Assembly (NCBI GenBank): GCA_038247045.1
Contig: JBBRVK010000001.1
Coordinates: 1 to 42,556, forward strand
Reading direction: 5' to 3'
Source: Minisyncoccia bacterium
GTDB lineage: Bacteria > Patescibacteriota > Minisyncoccia > Phycocordibacterales > UBA9973
Length of the DNA stretch: 42,556 nucleotides
Position numbers and translations under genes: made by a program
The notes under the pieces: generated by a model
What the model was told of the DNA's origin: nothing
What the model saw: only the letters and a program-made list of their open reading frames with translations
Databases searched by the model: none
In this document: positions 35,043 to 42,556 of the stretch, piece after piece
How positions within the stretch are numbered: the stretch's first letter is position 1
Layout of the letters: each line of letters opens with the position of its first letter

Positions 35043-36320
35043 ATGAAGAAAATTACATTCATCTCAATTTTTTTTAGCATATTAATTGTATTTATATTCA
35101 CTTCTATCACATCTGCTCAAACTGCTGATGAACTAAGAGGGCAGATAGATAACACAAATATTCAAATAGAACAGTTAAATAAAGAAATAGAGGCTTTAAA
35201 TATTCAGCTTACTAAGACAGGAGGAGAGAAAAAGACTTTATTGGGGGCTGTTAATGATTTAATTTTAAAAAGAAAAAAACTTTTAACTGAAAAAGAACAA
35301 ACTCAAAAGAAAATTAACGCAACAGGAATGGTTATTACTTCTTTGAGTGGAGAAATTACAGTTAAAGATAGCACTATAAATGAGTCAAAAAATTCTTTAG
35401 GTAATTTTTTAAATGACCTATATCAACAAGATAATCAAACTTTTTTTCTTAGATTATTATCTACAGAAAATCTAAGTGAAGCTAGTCGTGAATACAATAA
35501 TATCATAGGAATAGATTCAAAAATTAAATCTCAGATTAAGGAAGTTGTTGTTCAAAAAGAAGTTTTAACAGAAACTAGAACTAAAAAAGAGATTGAACAA
35601 GACGCATTAAATAAATTAAAAAATAACTTAACTCAAAAACAAATTGAAATAGAAAATAACAAGAAAGAGAAAGACACACTTTTAGCTCAGACAAAAAACA
35701 AAGAATCTAATTACCAAAAACTTTTAGCTGAAACAGAAAAAACGAAGAATGCTTTCGAGAAATCATTAGAAGATTACGAAAGTCAACTTAAATTTATTTT
35801 AAATCCAAAACTGATACCAAAGACAGGTTCAGGCGTTCTGTCTTGGCCTCTTACTAATGTGTTGATAACATCGCCCTATGGATCAAGATGGGGAAGATTC
35901 CATTACGGGTTAGATTTTAGAGCGTCGATTGGTTCTAAGGTTATGGCTATGGGTTCTGGAACAGTCTTAGGGACAGGAGATACTGATATAGCATGCAAAG
36001 GTGCTTCTTTTGGTAAATGGGTTTTTATAAAATATGATGATGGTCTTTCAAGTACTTACGGACACCTATCTTCTATTACTGCTAGTGTTGGAGATAAAGT
36101 AAAAGCAGGTGATATAGTAGCTTATTCAGGGAATACTGGTTCTTCTACTGGTCCACACCTTCATGTCGCAGTCTATGCTTCAGATGGAGTTAAGGTTGAT
36201 ACAGTTCCAAGTAAAGCATGTGGTGGCAAGATTTTTACTCAACCAATTTCTGCTTTAACAGCATACTTAGATCCAGGGCTTTACTTACCAAAAATTTTAG
36301 CAAGTATGATAAAAAAATAG
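35043..36320 (+). CDS. Secreted coiled-coil M23-family metallopeptidase (EnvC-like murein hydrolase or activator)
   Basis: 425 aa. Signal/anchor peptide, about 230 aa of coiled coil, and a C-terminal HYGLDF...GNTGSSTGPHLH M23 domain. Confidence 0.85.
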   Translation: MKKITFISIFFSILIVFIFTSITSAQTADELRGQIDNTNIQIEQLNKEIEALNIQLTKTGGEKKTLLGAVNDLILKRKKLLTEKEQTQKKINATGMVITSLSGEITVKDSTINESKNSLGNFLNDLYQQDNQTFFLRLLSTENLSEASREYNNIIGIDSKIKSQIKEVVVQKEVLTETRTKKEIEQDALNKLKNNLTQKQIEIENNKKEKDTLLAQTKNKESNYQKLLAETEKTKNAFEKSLEDYESQLKFILNPKLIPKTGSGVLSWPLTNVLITSPYGSRWGRFHYGLDFRASIGSKVMAMGSGTVLGTGDTDIACKGASFGKWVFIKYDDGLSSTYGHLSSITASVGDKVKAGDIVAYSGNTGSSTGPHLHVAVYASDGVKVDTVPSKACGGKIFTQPISALTAYLDPGLYLPKILASMIKK

Positions 36321-36368
36321 AGTTGTAAAAAAATATAAAATATGTAATTATATTAGAGTGTTTTATTT

Positions 36369-36450
36369 GCCCGAGTGGCGGAACTGGTATACGCGCACGA
36401 CTTAAAATCGTGTCTCGTAAGGGATGTGGGTTCGATTCCCACCTCGGGCA
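36369..36450 (+). tRNA. tRNA-Leu (anticodon UAA), class II with a long variable arm. No CCA is encoded
   Basis: Acceptor GCCCGAG/CTCGGGC. Anticodon stem CACGA/TCGTG with loop CTTAAAA. T arm GTGGG-TTCGATT-CCCAC. Discriminator A at 36450. Confidence 0.92.
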
Positions 36451-36498
36451 CATATTAAAAAGAGTAACTTTTGTTACTCTTTTTAATATGTGCCCGAG
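36443..36498. repeat. Perfect 26-nt inverted repeat (TTTT loop) whose left arm includes the last 8 nt of tRNA-Leu
   Basis: CTCGGGCACATATTAAAAAGAGTAAC (36443-36468), tttt, GTTACTCTTTTTAATATGTGCCCGAG (36473-36498). No flanking U-tract. Confidence 0.75.
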
Positions 36499-36627
36499 AG
36501 CAAGCAAACTGCCTTACTCGCGTGCGGGAAACGAAAAGAACCTGGCTATGTAATGACCGATAAGTGTCATCACTGTCCCACCTTGAGATTTCTTATAGGA
36601 TAATTATTTTCAAAATTTTACAAATTT

Positions 36628-36636
36628 TGCTATACT
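36628..36636 (+). promoter_or_regulatory. Extended -10 (TGcTATACT) 7 nt upstream of the gatB ATG
   Basis: ttTGcTATACTctcttatATG. Confidence 0.45.
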
Positions 36637-36643
36637 CTCTTAT

Positions 36644-38059
36644 ATGTCTAAACAATATTATACTACTATCGGATTAGAAATCCATGCAGAATTAAATACA
36701 AATTCAAAGATGTTTTGTGGGTGTAAAAATGACCCTGATGCTGAAGTACCAAATATAAATATATGTCCAATATGTATGGCTCATCCTGGCACTTTGCCAG
36801 TTATAAATAAAAAAGCGGTAGAAAGTGTAATAAAAGTTGGACTTGCTCTAGGTTCTGATATTGCTGACTTTACTGAATTTGATCGTAAAAATTATTTTTA
36901 TCCAGATATACCAAAAGCTTATCAGATTTCACAGTATAAATTTCCCATAGTCTCTGGTGGAGAACTAAGAGGCATTAAAGTTACTAGGGTTCACTTAGAA
37001 GAAGATACAGCAACCTCTAAACATGACAGGGGAAATTATTCACTTGTTGATTTTAATCGTGCGGGAGTCCCACTTATGGAACTTGTTACTGAACCTGTAA
37101 TACATGGAGCTCGCGAAGCTGGTGATTTTGGACGTGAACTTCAAGTAGTATTAAGATATTTAGGAGTTTCTGAAGCTAATATGGAAAAAGGACAAATGCG
37201 AGTTGAATTAAATATTTCAATATCAGAAGACCAAAATGTTCTCGGAACAAAAGTTGAAGTAAAAAATATAAATTCATTCAGAGCTATGGAGCGTGCTGCT
37301 GAATATGAAATGAAAAGAATGGCAGAGTTACTAGATGCAGGTCGTGGTTCTGAAATCGTTCAGGAGACTCGTGGTTGGGATGAAAATAAGCAATCAACAT
37401 TTAGTCAGCGTTCAAAAGAAAATGCTAATGATTACAGATACTTCCCAGACCCAGATTTACCAAAATTATATTTGAGTAAGGTCTTTGATATTAATAAAAT
37501 GAAATCAGAACTACCTGAACTACCAGATGCAAAAAGAAATCGATATAGAAATGATTTTGGAATAAAAGATGAAGATATAGAAAGTTATATTACTGATATG
37601 GAATTAGGTTCTTGGTTTGAAAAAGTTGCAAATTCTCTAAAAGAAAAAGATGCAGTAAAAACTGCTTCAAACTATATCACTTCTGACTACTTAGGTTTAA
37701 AGAAAAATAATGCAGGTATAATATTACCAGCAGTTGAGAATTTTACTGAACTTATAAACATGGTTACTTCAGGTAAAATTTCATCTCGAGCAGCAAAAGA
37801 CATTTTGGCTATTATTGTGATAAAAGACGAAACACCAATTAAGATTGCAGAAGAGAAAGGTTTAATACAAAATCACGATGAAGGTGCACTTAAAGAAATT
37901 GCCAAGAAGATTATTGAGGCAAATCCGCAAGTTGTAGCGACATATAAAGGCGGTAAAGAAAATGCTTTGATGTCACTTGTAGGACAAATAATGAAAGAAA
38001 CAAAAGGTTCGGCTAATCCAACCATGGTTCAGAAATTATTAAAAGAGTTGCTTTCGTAA
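36644..38059 (+). CDS. gatB: Asp/Glu-tRNA amidotransferase subunit B
   Basis: 471 aa. IGLEIHAELNT, CPICMAHPGTLPV and HLEEDTA, plus a C-terminal YqeY-like tail. Confidence 0.95.
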   Translation: MSKQYYTTIGLEIHAELNTNSKMFCGCKNDPDAEVPNINICPICMAHPGTLPVINKKAVESVIKVGLALGSDIADFTEFDRKNYFYPDIPKAYQISQYKFPIVSGGELRGIKVTRVHLEEDTATSKHDRGNYSLVDFNRAGVPLMELVTEPVIHGAREAGDFGRELQVVLRYLGVSEANMEKGQMRVELNISISEDQNVLGTKVEVKNINSFRAMERAAEYEMKRMAELLDAGRGSEIVQETRGWDENKQSTFSQRSKENANDYRYFPDPDLPKLYLSKVFDINKMKSELPELPDAKRNRYRNDFGIKDEDIESYITDMELGSWFEKVANSLKEKDAVKTASNYITSDYLGLKKNNAGIILPAVENFTELINMVTSGKISSRAAKDILAIIVIKDETPIKIAEEKGLIQNHDEGALKEIAKKIIEANPQVVATYKGGKENALMSLVGQIMKETKGSANPTMVQKLLKELLS

Positions 38060-38060
38060 T

Positions 38061-38279
38061 ATGGAAATTAAACTTGGAAAATACAAACATTATAAGGGCT
38101 TCATTTGTAAAGTTATTGGTGTAGCAAAACATAGTGAAGATCATAATCAGAAATTAGTTATTTATTATCATCCAGATGAAAGTGGTAATGATCAGCTTTG
38201 GGCTCGACCAATAGAGATGTTTAAAGAGGATGTTGAAGTAGGAAATTATAAAGGTCCAAGATTTGAATACTTTGAATAA
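38061..38279 (+). CDS. DUF1653-like small protein
   Basis: 72 aa. The YKHYKG...VIYYH...LWARPIEMF pattern is typical of DUF1653. Confidence 0.55.
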   Translation: MEIKLGKYKHYKGFICKVIGVAKHSEDHNQKLVIYYHPDESGNDQLWARPIEMFKEDVEVGNYKGPRFEYFE

Positions 38280-38308
38280 AAAATTAAGTAGTCCGACTAC
38301 TTAATTTT
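38280..38308. repeat. REP-like palindrome, left copy (centre C). It also has a bidirectional terminator shape
   Basis: AAAATTAAGTAGTC-c-GACTACTTAATTTT. It lies between the DUF1653 stop and the RayT-like stop. Confidence 0.7.
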
Positions 38309-38944
38309 TTATTCAAATTCTACTTCCTCTTTTCTTTTTAATGTTTCCGTCCATGAATATTTTGCAAATTCAAAATATTCATTTTTATTTTTAAAATTTG
38401 ATAAAATTATTTCTTTATTACAGATACCGTTAATATTTTCTTTTTGATATTCACAAAGGCTTGACTTGGTTAAATCTGAAATTAAACTTAAATCGCTATT
38501 CATGTTATTAAAATTAACATAAGCACTTAAGTTTAAAAGATAGTTATTATTTTTAATAATTTTTGATTTAAATTTTCCCTGAAAAAGAACGCCAGATCTT
38601 TTATATTTCTCATTAAAATATCTAGTATAGCCTCCGATTCTTTGCATAAACTTTTCAACACCACACTTAACAAGAGGAGATAGTATTAAATGAAAATGAT
38701 TTTCATTTATACAATAAGCAACAATAGATACTAATTTTTGAGTAGTTGGAGTACTCAATTCTTTAAATTTATATTTTTTTAAATTTTTTAAATAAATACT
38801 TTTTATTGGTTCTTCGACATTAAATTCAATGATACTCTGAAAAAATCTTTGTAAGTCTAAGCTGTCTAAAATAACATCTCTTTTGTCAGAACCTCTATTG
38901 TAAATATGATAATACTCTCCAATTTCAAAAGTATGATTTCTCAT
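38309..38944 (-). CDS. IS200/IS605-superfamily Y1 (HUH) tyrosine transposase of the REP-associated (RayT-like) type
   Basis: 211 aa. YHIYNRG, the HUH motif NHFHLIL, FNEKYKRSGVLFQGKFKS, and a candidate catalytic Tyr in LSAYVNFNN. Confidence 0.75.
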   Translation of the reverse strand: MRNHTFEIGEYYHIYNRGSDKRDVILDSLDLQRFFQSIIEFNVEEPIKSIYLKNLKKYKFKELSTPTTQKLVSIVAYCINENHFHLILSPLVKCGVEKFMQRIGGYTRYFNEKYKRSGVLFQGKFKSKIIKNNNYLLNLSAYVNFNNMNSDLSLISDLTKSSLCEYQKENINGICNKEIILSNFKNKNEYFEFAKYSWTETLKRKEEVEFE

Positions 38945-38951
38945 GTTTATT

Positions 38952-38960
38952 ATTATACCA
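38952..38960 (-). promoter_or_regulatory. Extended -10 (TGgTATAAT) 7 nt upstream of the RayT-like ATG
   Basis: The minus strand reads caTGgTATAATaataaacATG. Confidence 0.45.
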
Positions 38961-38969
38961 TGTTTTTTT

Positions 38970-38996
38970 AAATTAAGTAGTCGGACTACTCAATTT
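38970..38996. repeat. REP-like palindrome, right copy (centre G), inverted relative to the left copy
   Basis: AAATTAAGTAGTC-g-GACTACTCAATTT. Its reverse complement equals the left copy except for one base. Confidence 0.7.
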
Positions 38997-39025
38997 TTTA
39001 TTTTTTTTGTTTTAATAGAATGAAA

Positions 39026-39034
39026 TGTTATAAT
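39026..39034 (+). promoter_or_regulatory. Extended -10 (TGtTATAAT) 7 nt upstream of the gap ATG
   Basis: aaTGtTATAATtaatattATG. Confidence 0.5.
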
Positions 39035-39041
39035 TAATATT

Positions 39042-40073
39042 ATGGAAAATAAAAAACTTAAAGTAGCGATAAATGGTTTTGGAAGAATTGGTAGAGCATT
39101 TTTAAAAATTTCATGGGACAGGGAAGATATAGAAGTTGTTGCAATAAACGACCTCGGTTCAATTGAGAGTTTTGCTTATTTACTTCGTCACGATACTGTT
39201 TATCGTAATTGGAATCATAAAATTGAAGTAGTTGGAAGTGATTTAGTTATAGATGGAAAAACTGTTAAATTTATTTCAGAAAAAGACACAACGAAATTAC
39301 CATGGAAAGATTTAGGGATTGATGTTGTTGTTGAATCAACAGGATTATTTACTTCATTTGATAAGGCAAAGTTTCATTTAGATTGTGGAGCCAAGAAAGT
39401 TGTCATCAGTGCACCATCAAAAGGAGCCGATAGCACAGTTGCCGGTGAGACAATTCTTCTTGGTGTAAATGAAGATAAATTTGGCACATGTGATATTACT
39501 TCAAATGCATCTTGTACAACAAACGCTGCAAGCCCACTTATCGCTATACTTCATGAATCAATTGGTGTTGAGAAGGCAATTTTAAACACAGTTCATGGAT
39601 ATACAGCAACTCAAGCTCTCGTAGATGGTCCAAGTAAGAAAGACCTTCGTGAAGGCCGTGCAGCCGCTCAAAACATCATTCCTTCTTCCACTGGGGCAGC
39701 AATAGCTGTTACTGAAGCTTTCCCTGTACTTAAAGGTTTGTTTGATGGTATTTCAATTCGAGTTCCAGTTCCCGCTGGTTCAATAGTTGATATTACATTC
39801 ATAGCTAAGAGAGACACAACAAAAGAAGAGGTAAATGAGATACTTACAAAGGCATCAAATGATCCTCGTTGGAGTAAAATATTTGCAATTACAACAGAAC
39901 CATTAGTATCAAGTGATATCCTTGGAGAAAGTCATCCGTGTATTGCAGACCTTGAACTCACTCGTGTTGTCGGAGGTAACTTAGTAAAAGTTATGGGTTG
40001 GTATGATAATGAAATGGGGTATACCTACACATTAGTTGATCATGTTATTAAAACGGGGAATACGATTAAGTAA
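39042..40073 (+). CDS. gap: Glyceraldehyde-3-phosphate dehydrogenase
   Basis: 343 aa. INGFGRIGR, active-site SNASCTTN and WYDNEMGY. Confidence 0.95.
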   Translation: MENKKLKVAINGFGRIGRAFLKISWDREDIEVVAINDLGSIESFAYLLRHDTVYRNWNHKIEVVGSDLVIDGKTVKFISEKDTTKLPWKDLGIDVVVESTGLFTSFDKAKFHLDCGAKKVVISAPSKGADSTVAGETILLGVNEDKFGTCDITSNASCTTNAASPLIAILHESIGVEKAILNTVHGYTATQALVDGPSKKDLREGRAAAQNIIPSSTGAAIAVTEAFPVLKGLFDGISIRVPVPAGSIVDITFIAKRDTTKEEVNEILTKASNDPRWSKIFAITTEPLVSSDILGESHPCIADLELTRVVGGNLVKVMGWYDNEMGYTYTLVDHVIKTGNTIK

Positions 40074-40078
40074 AAAAT

Positions 40079-40390
40079 ATGGAAAGTTACAATAAATTAG
40101 TTAGAGATAAAATACCAGAGCATCTTGATGCTAAAAGTATTATATATGAAAAGAGAATTGCTACGGATTTAGAATATAAAGAAGAATTGATTAAAAAGTT
40201 AGAGGAAGAAGTTAGAGAATTCATGGAAGCTGGTAGTCCTGAAGAATTAGGTGATTTAATAGAAGTAATTGAATCACTTAAAAAACTTCCTGAATATGCA
40301 AGTGTGGAAGAAATAAGATTAAATAAAAAAGAAACAAATGGAGGTTTTGAAAAAAGAATAATTTTAAAAGGGAATGACGACAGAAAATAA
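40079..40390 (+). CDS. Small MazG/PRA-PH-like nucleoside triphosphate pyrophosphohydrolase
   Basis: 103 aa. YNKLVRDKIPE N-terminus and an acidic EExxE helix (KLEEEVREFMEA...ELGDLIEV). Confidence 0.55.
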   Translation: MESYNKLVRDKIPEHLDAKSIIYEKRIATDLEYKEELIKKLEEEVREFMEAGSPEELGDLIEVIESLKKLPEYASVEEIRLNKKETNGGFEKRIILKGNDDRK

Positions 40391-40392
40391 TT

Positions 40393-41172
40393 TTATATCT
40401 CTCCCTTAAATACAAAAGTAGCTGGGCCACGTAATATTACGTGGCCTTGTTCGTTGCTCGATAGAAATAGTTCACCACCAGGAAATTCCAATGAAATTTC
40501 TTTTTCAAATTTTTCTTTATTATTAAGGATAGAATAGACAGCACAAGCTCCAGTTCCACAAGCAAGAGTCAATCCACATCCACGCTCCCAAACTTTTACC
40601 TTATAGTGATAGTCGCTAATATTTTCAACCAATTCAACATTAATTTTATTTGGAAATATTTTATTATTTTCAACGATAGGGCCTAGACTTTCAATTTTAT
40701 AATTATCCAAACTTTCAACAACACCAACAGCATGAGGATTGCCCATAGATACAAATTCAAATTGTATGTTTTCTATGGGAACAGAATGATCTGGAAAATC
40801 AGAGTGAAGGTAAACAGGTTTTCCCATATCAACAGAATAAGTATCGTCATCATTGCATGTTATTTTTTTAATGCCATCTCTGGTGTCTATATTTAATTCT
40901 CCCCTTGGGTAAGTTTCGCTTTGGAAAAACTTGGCAGTACAACGGATTCCATTTCCACACATTTCTGCCAGTGTCCCGTCAGAATTATAGTAATCCATAA
41001 AACACTCAGCGGTAATAGATGGCTGGAGTAGTATTAAACCATCAGCCCCAACACCAAAATGCCTATCACATAAGCGACTAATATCTAGTGGGGTAAAAGT
41101 AATATTACTATCTAAATTGTTTATCATTATAAAGTCATTACCTGTACCGTGGTATTTGTGGAAATTTATCAT
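40393..41172 (-). CDS. dapF: Diaminopimelate epimerase
   Basis: 259 aa. HGTGNDFIMI and the two catalytic Cys motifs MCGNGIRC and ACGTGACA. Confidence 0.9.
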   Translation of the reverse strand: MINFHKYHGTGNDFIMINNLDSNITFTPLDISRLCDRHFGVGADGLILLQPSITAECFMDYYNSDGTLAEMCGNGIRCTAKFFQSETYPRGELNIDTRDGIKKITCNDDDTYSVDMGKPVYLHSDFPDHSVPIENIQFEFVSMGNPHAVGVVESLDNYKIESLGPIVENNKIFPNKINVELVENISDYHYKVKVWERGCGLTLACGTGACAVYSILNNKEKFEKEISLEFPGGELFLSSNEQGHVILRGPATFVFKGEI

Positions 41173-41272
41173 ATATATGCATATTATACTCCCATTTTCT
41201 TAGATTGTAATCAATCTTTTGAAAATGCAGCCCAGCGTAGCACAGCGAAGTCGTGGATATATATTAATTAAA

Positions 41273-41281
41273 TGTTATAAT
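41273..41281 (+). promoter_or_regulatory. Extended -10 (TGtTATAAT) 9 nt upstream of the rpiB ATG
   Basis: aaTGtTATAATctacagagtATG. Confidence 0.45.
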
Positions 41282-41290
41282 CTACAGAGT

Positions 41291-41734
41291 ATGAAAATTT
41301 TTATTGGAAGTGACCATGCTGGATATGAATTAAAAGAAAAATTAAAAGAATATTTAATTTCCTTAGACTATGAAGTTGAAGATAAGGGGGCATTTGATTT
41401 TGATAAGGATGATGATTATCCAGATTTTATTGTTCCAGTAGCAATTGCGACAGCAGATGACCCAACGAGTTTTGGTATTATTTTAGGTGGAAGCGGTCAG
41501 GGTGAAGAAATGATAGCAAATAAAATAGATGGAATTCGGGCTTGTGAATATTATGGCTGCAACTTAGAGATTGTTAGTTTAGCTCGAGAGCATAATGATG
41601 CAAACATACTTTCAATTGGTGCTCGTTTTGTAAAAGAAGATGAAGCCAAAAAAGCTGTAAGGATATTTCTTGAAACAAAATTCTCAGGTGATGAACGACA
41701 TATTCGTCGTATTAATAAATTAGATTCTATATAA
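41291..41734 (+). CDS. rpiB: Ribose-5-phosphate isomerase B
   Basis: I place the start at the ATG at 41291 (MKIFIGSDHAGYELKEKL), not at the track's 41219. GGSGQGEEM and RHIRRI are typical of the RpiB/LacAB family. Confidence 0.9.
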   Translation: MKIFIGSDHAGYELKEKLKEYLISLDYEVEDKGAFDFDKDDDYPDFIVPVAIATADDPTSFGIILGGSGQGEEMIANKIDGIRACEYYGCNLEIVSLAREHNDANILSIGARFVKEDEAKKAVRIFLETKFSGDERHIRRINKLDSI

Positions 41735-41737
41735 ATT

Positions 41738-42427
41738 ATGACAGAAGTTATACCAGCAGTATTAGCTAAGGGTTTCAGAGATTTACATGATAAAATTGCA
41801 AGAGTTGCAAGTGTTGCAAACATGGTGCAAATAGATATTTGTGATGGAAAATTTGTTGACTCTATTTCTTGGCCAATGGACAGAGATGATGAACAAAGTG
41901 TAAAAGCTATCTTAGATGAAGAAGAAGGTCTTCCTTCTTGGGATACAATCGATTTTGAATTTGACCTTATGGTTATGAATGCATATGAGAATTTTGATTT
42001 CTTTCTAAAACTAGGACCCCGAAGAGTTGTTTTCCATTTTGAGGCCCAAACAGACCCTATTAAATTTAAAGAATTCTTGGAAGGTTTAGATGTGTATACC
42101 CGTGATAGTATTGATATTGGGATTGCTATAAATACCACTACTAATATTGATGATATTAAATATATTATTAATAATATTGACTTTATTCAATGTATGGGGA
42201 TAGAGCATATCGGACATCAAGGAGAACCATTTGACGAAAGAGTCCTTAGTCAAATAAAAGCTATCAAGAGTGAATATCCTGATATGATTGTTAGTGTTGA
42301 TGGTAGTGTGAATGAGGATACTGCCTCACTACTTGTTGAAGCTGGGGCGGATAGGATAATTATTGGTTCTGCTTTAACAAAAAGTTTTGATATTCGCGAA
42401 ACTATGAGAGAGTTAGAAAATCTTTAA
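41738..42427 (+). CDS. rpe: Ribulose-phosphate 3-epimerase family protein
   Basis: 229 aa. QIDICDGKFV, VVFHFE and VDGSVNEDT...AGADRIIIGSAL match the Rpe TIM-barrel motifs (DxMDGxFVPN, HxE, DGG...GSA). Confidence 0.75.
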   Translation: MTEVIPAVLAKGFRDLHDKIARVASVANMVQIDICDGKFVDSISWPMDRDDEQSVKAILDEEEGLPSWDTIDFEFDLMVMNAYENFDFFLKLGPRRVVFHFEAQTDPIKFKEFLEGLDVYTRDSIDIGIAINTTTNIDDIKYIINNIDFIQCMGIEHIGHQGEPFDERVLSQIKAIKSEYPDMIVSVDGSVNEDTASLLVEAGADRIIIGSALTKSFDIRETMRELENL

Positions 42428-42431
42428 TAAT

Positions 42432-42556
42432 ATGGAAACTATAAATGATATTAAAATAAAAGAGCTAGAAATAAAGGCAAACGAAATCCGTAAGTCTATT
42501 GTTAAAATGCTTTATTTGGCAGGCTCAGGTCACACTGCAGGAGCGCTTGGTATGAC
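42432..42556 (+). CDS. tkt: Transketolase, N-terminal part (5' fragment that runs off the window)
   Basis: ATG at 42432. METINDIKIKELEIKANEIRKSIVKMLYLAGSGHTAGALGM contains the SGHxG thiamine-diphosphate motif region. Confidence 0.7.
   Translation, partial: METINDIKIKELEIKANEIRKSIVKMLYLAGSGHTAGALGM

Larger units (their letters stand above)
38280..38996 (-). mobile_element. REPtron-like unit: a Y1 transposase gene bracketed by inverted copies of a 27-29 nt palindrome
   Basis: See the three component features. No other copy of the palindrome was seen in this window. Confidence 0.55.

Noticed and set aside
36235-36507. 90-aa minus-strand ORF covering the end of the M23 peptidase gene, tRNA-Leu and the inverted repeat
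   Set aside because: It reads straight through a clear tRNA gene and a perfect hairpin, so it is almost certainly not coding.
36499-36590. SRP (4.5S) RNA on the minus strand. CCAGG and AAGGCAG strings lie about 25 nt apart there
   Set aside because: The intervening sequence forms no helix-8-like hairpin with a GNRA tetraloop or symmetric loop, and no long closing helix could be drawn. I keep it only as an unassigned GC-rich island.
41551-42138. 195-aa minus-strand ORF spanning the rpiB/rpe junction
   Set aside because: It is antisense to two conserved pentose-phosphate genes and is a Ser/Ile-rich low-complexity translation. Long antisense ORFs of this kind are typical of AT-rich DNA with few stop codons in that frame.
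1-42556. Alternative genetic code (UGA as a sense codon, as in some candidate phyla or Mollicutes)
   Set aside because: All conserved genes are full length and uninterrupted under the standard code, and no in-frame TGA is needed. The only signal is avoidance of TGA, which I report as a finding.

Overview
This is a 42.6-kb, AT-rich bacterial chromosome segment, roughly one third G+C by eye. It is densely packed with about 46 CDS on both strands, one tRNA-Leu(UAA) and one T-box leader. I infer a small-genome Patescibacteria/CPR-like organism from the gene content and style: compact housekeeping genes, an archaeal-type AspRS plus GatB, peptidoglycan genes, almost no Shine-Dalgarno sites and only TAA/TAG stops. 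I cannot prove this from the window.

Recognisable blocks:
- A secreted tail-fibre-like protein.
- dnaK-dnaJ, with a divergent PaaX/Cas2-fold regulator.
- A self-contained Arg+Asp to spermidine cluster: speA-like, asd, lysC, carboxyspermidine dehydrogenase and decarboxylase, ureohydrolase and a DMT transporter.
- A divergent PurD-like ATP-grasp gene facing a PRMT-like methyltransferase + 7TM histidine kinase operon.
- cysS/corA-like, rplU, recR, dnaB and trpS.
- T-box-aspS-scpAB-mraY-ftsW-[orphan sigma region-4 gene]-murG-gltX.
- An M23 peptidase, tRNA-Leu and gatB.
- A RayT-like Y1 transposase flanked by inverted palindromes.
- gap, dapF and rpiB-rpe-tkt.

Most notable observations not explained by ordinary annotation:
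1. Four intercistronic long hairpins form a family. They share a GTCYTCRG apical core, but their arms differ between copies while staying self-complementary within each copy.
2. Extended -10 promoters recur 7-10 nt upstream of ATG codons, which predicts leaderless mRNAs.
3. A stand-alone sigma-70 region-4 gene with its own promoter, SD and terminator sits inside the dcw cluster.
4. A REPtron-like unit is present.
5. UGA is never used as a stop or in frame in any gene called here.

All functional calls rest on motif recognition by eye. No database search was run.
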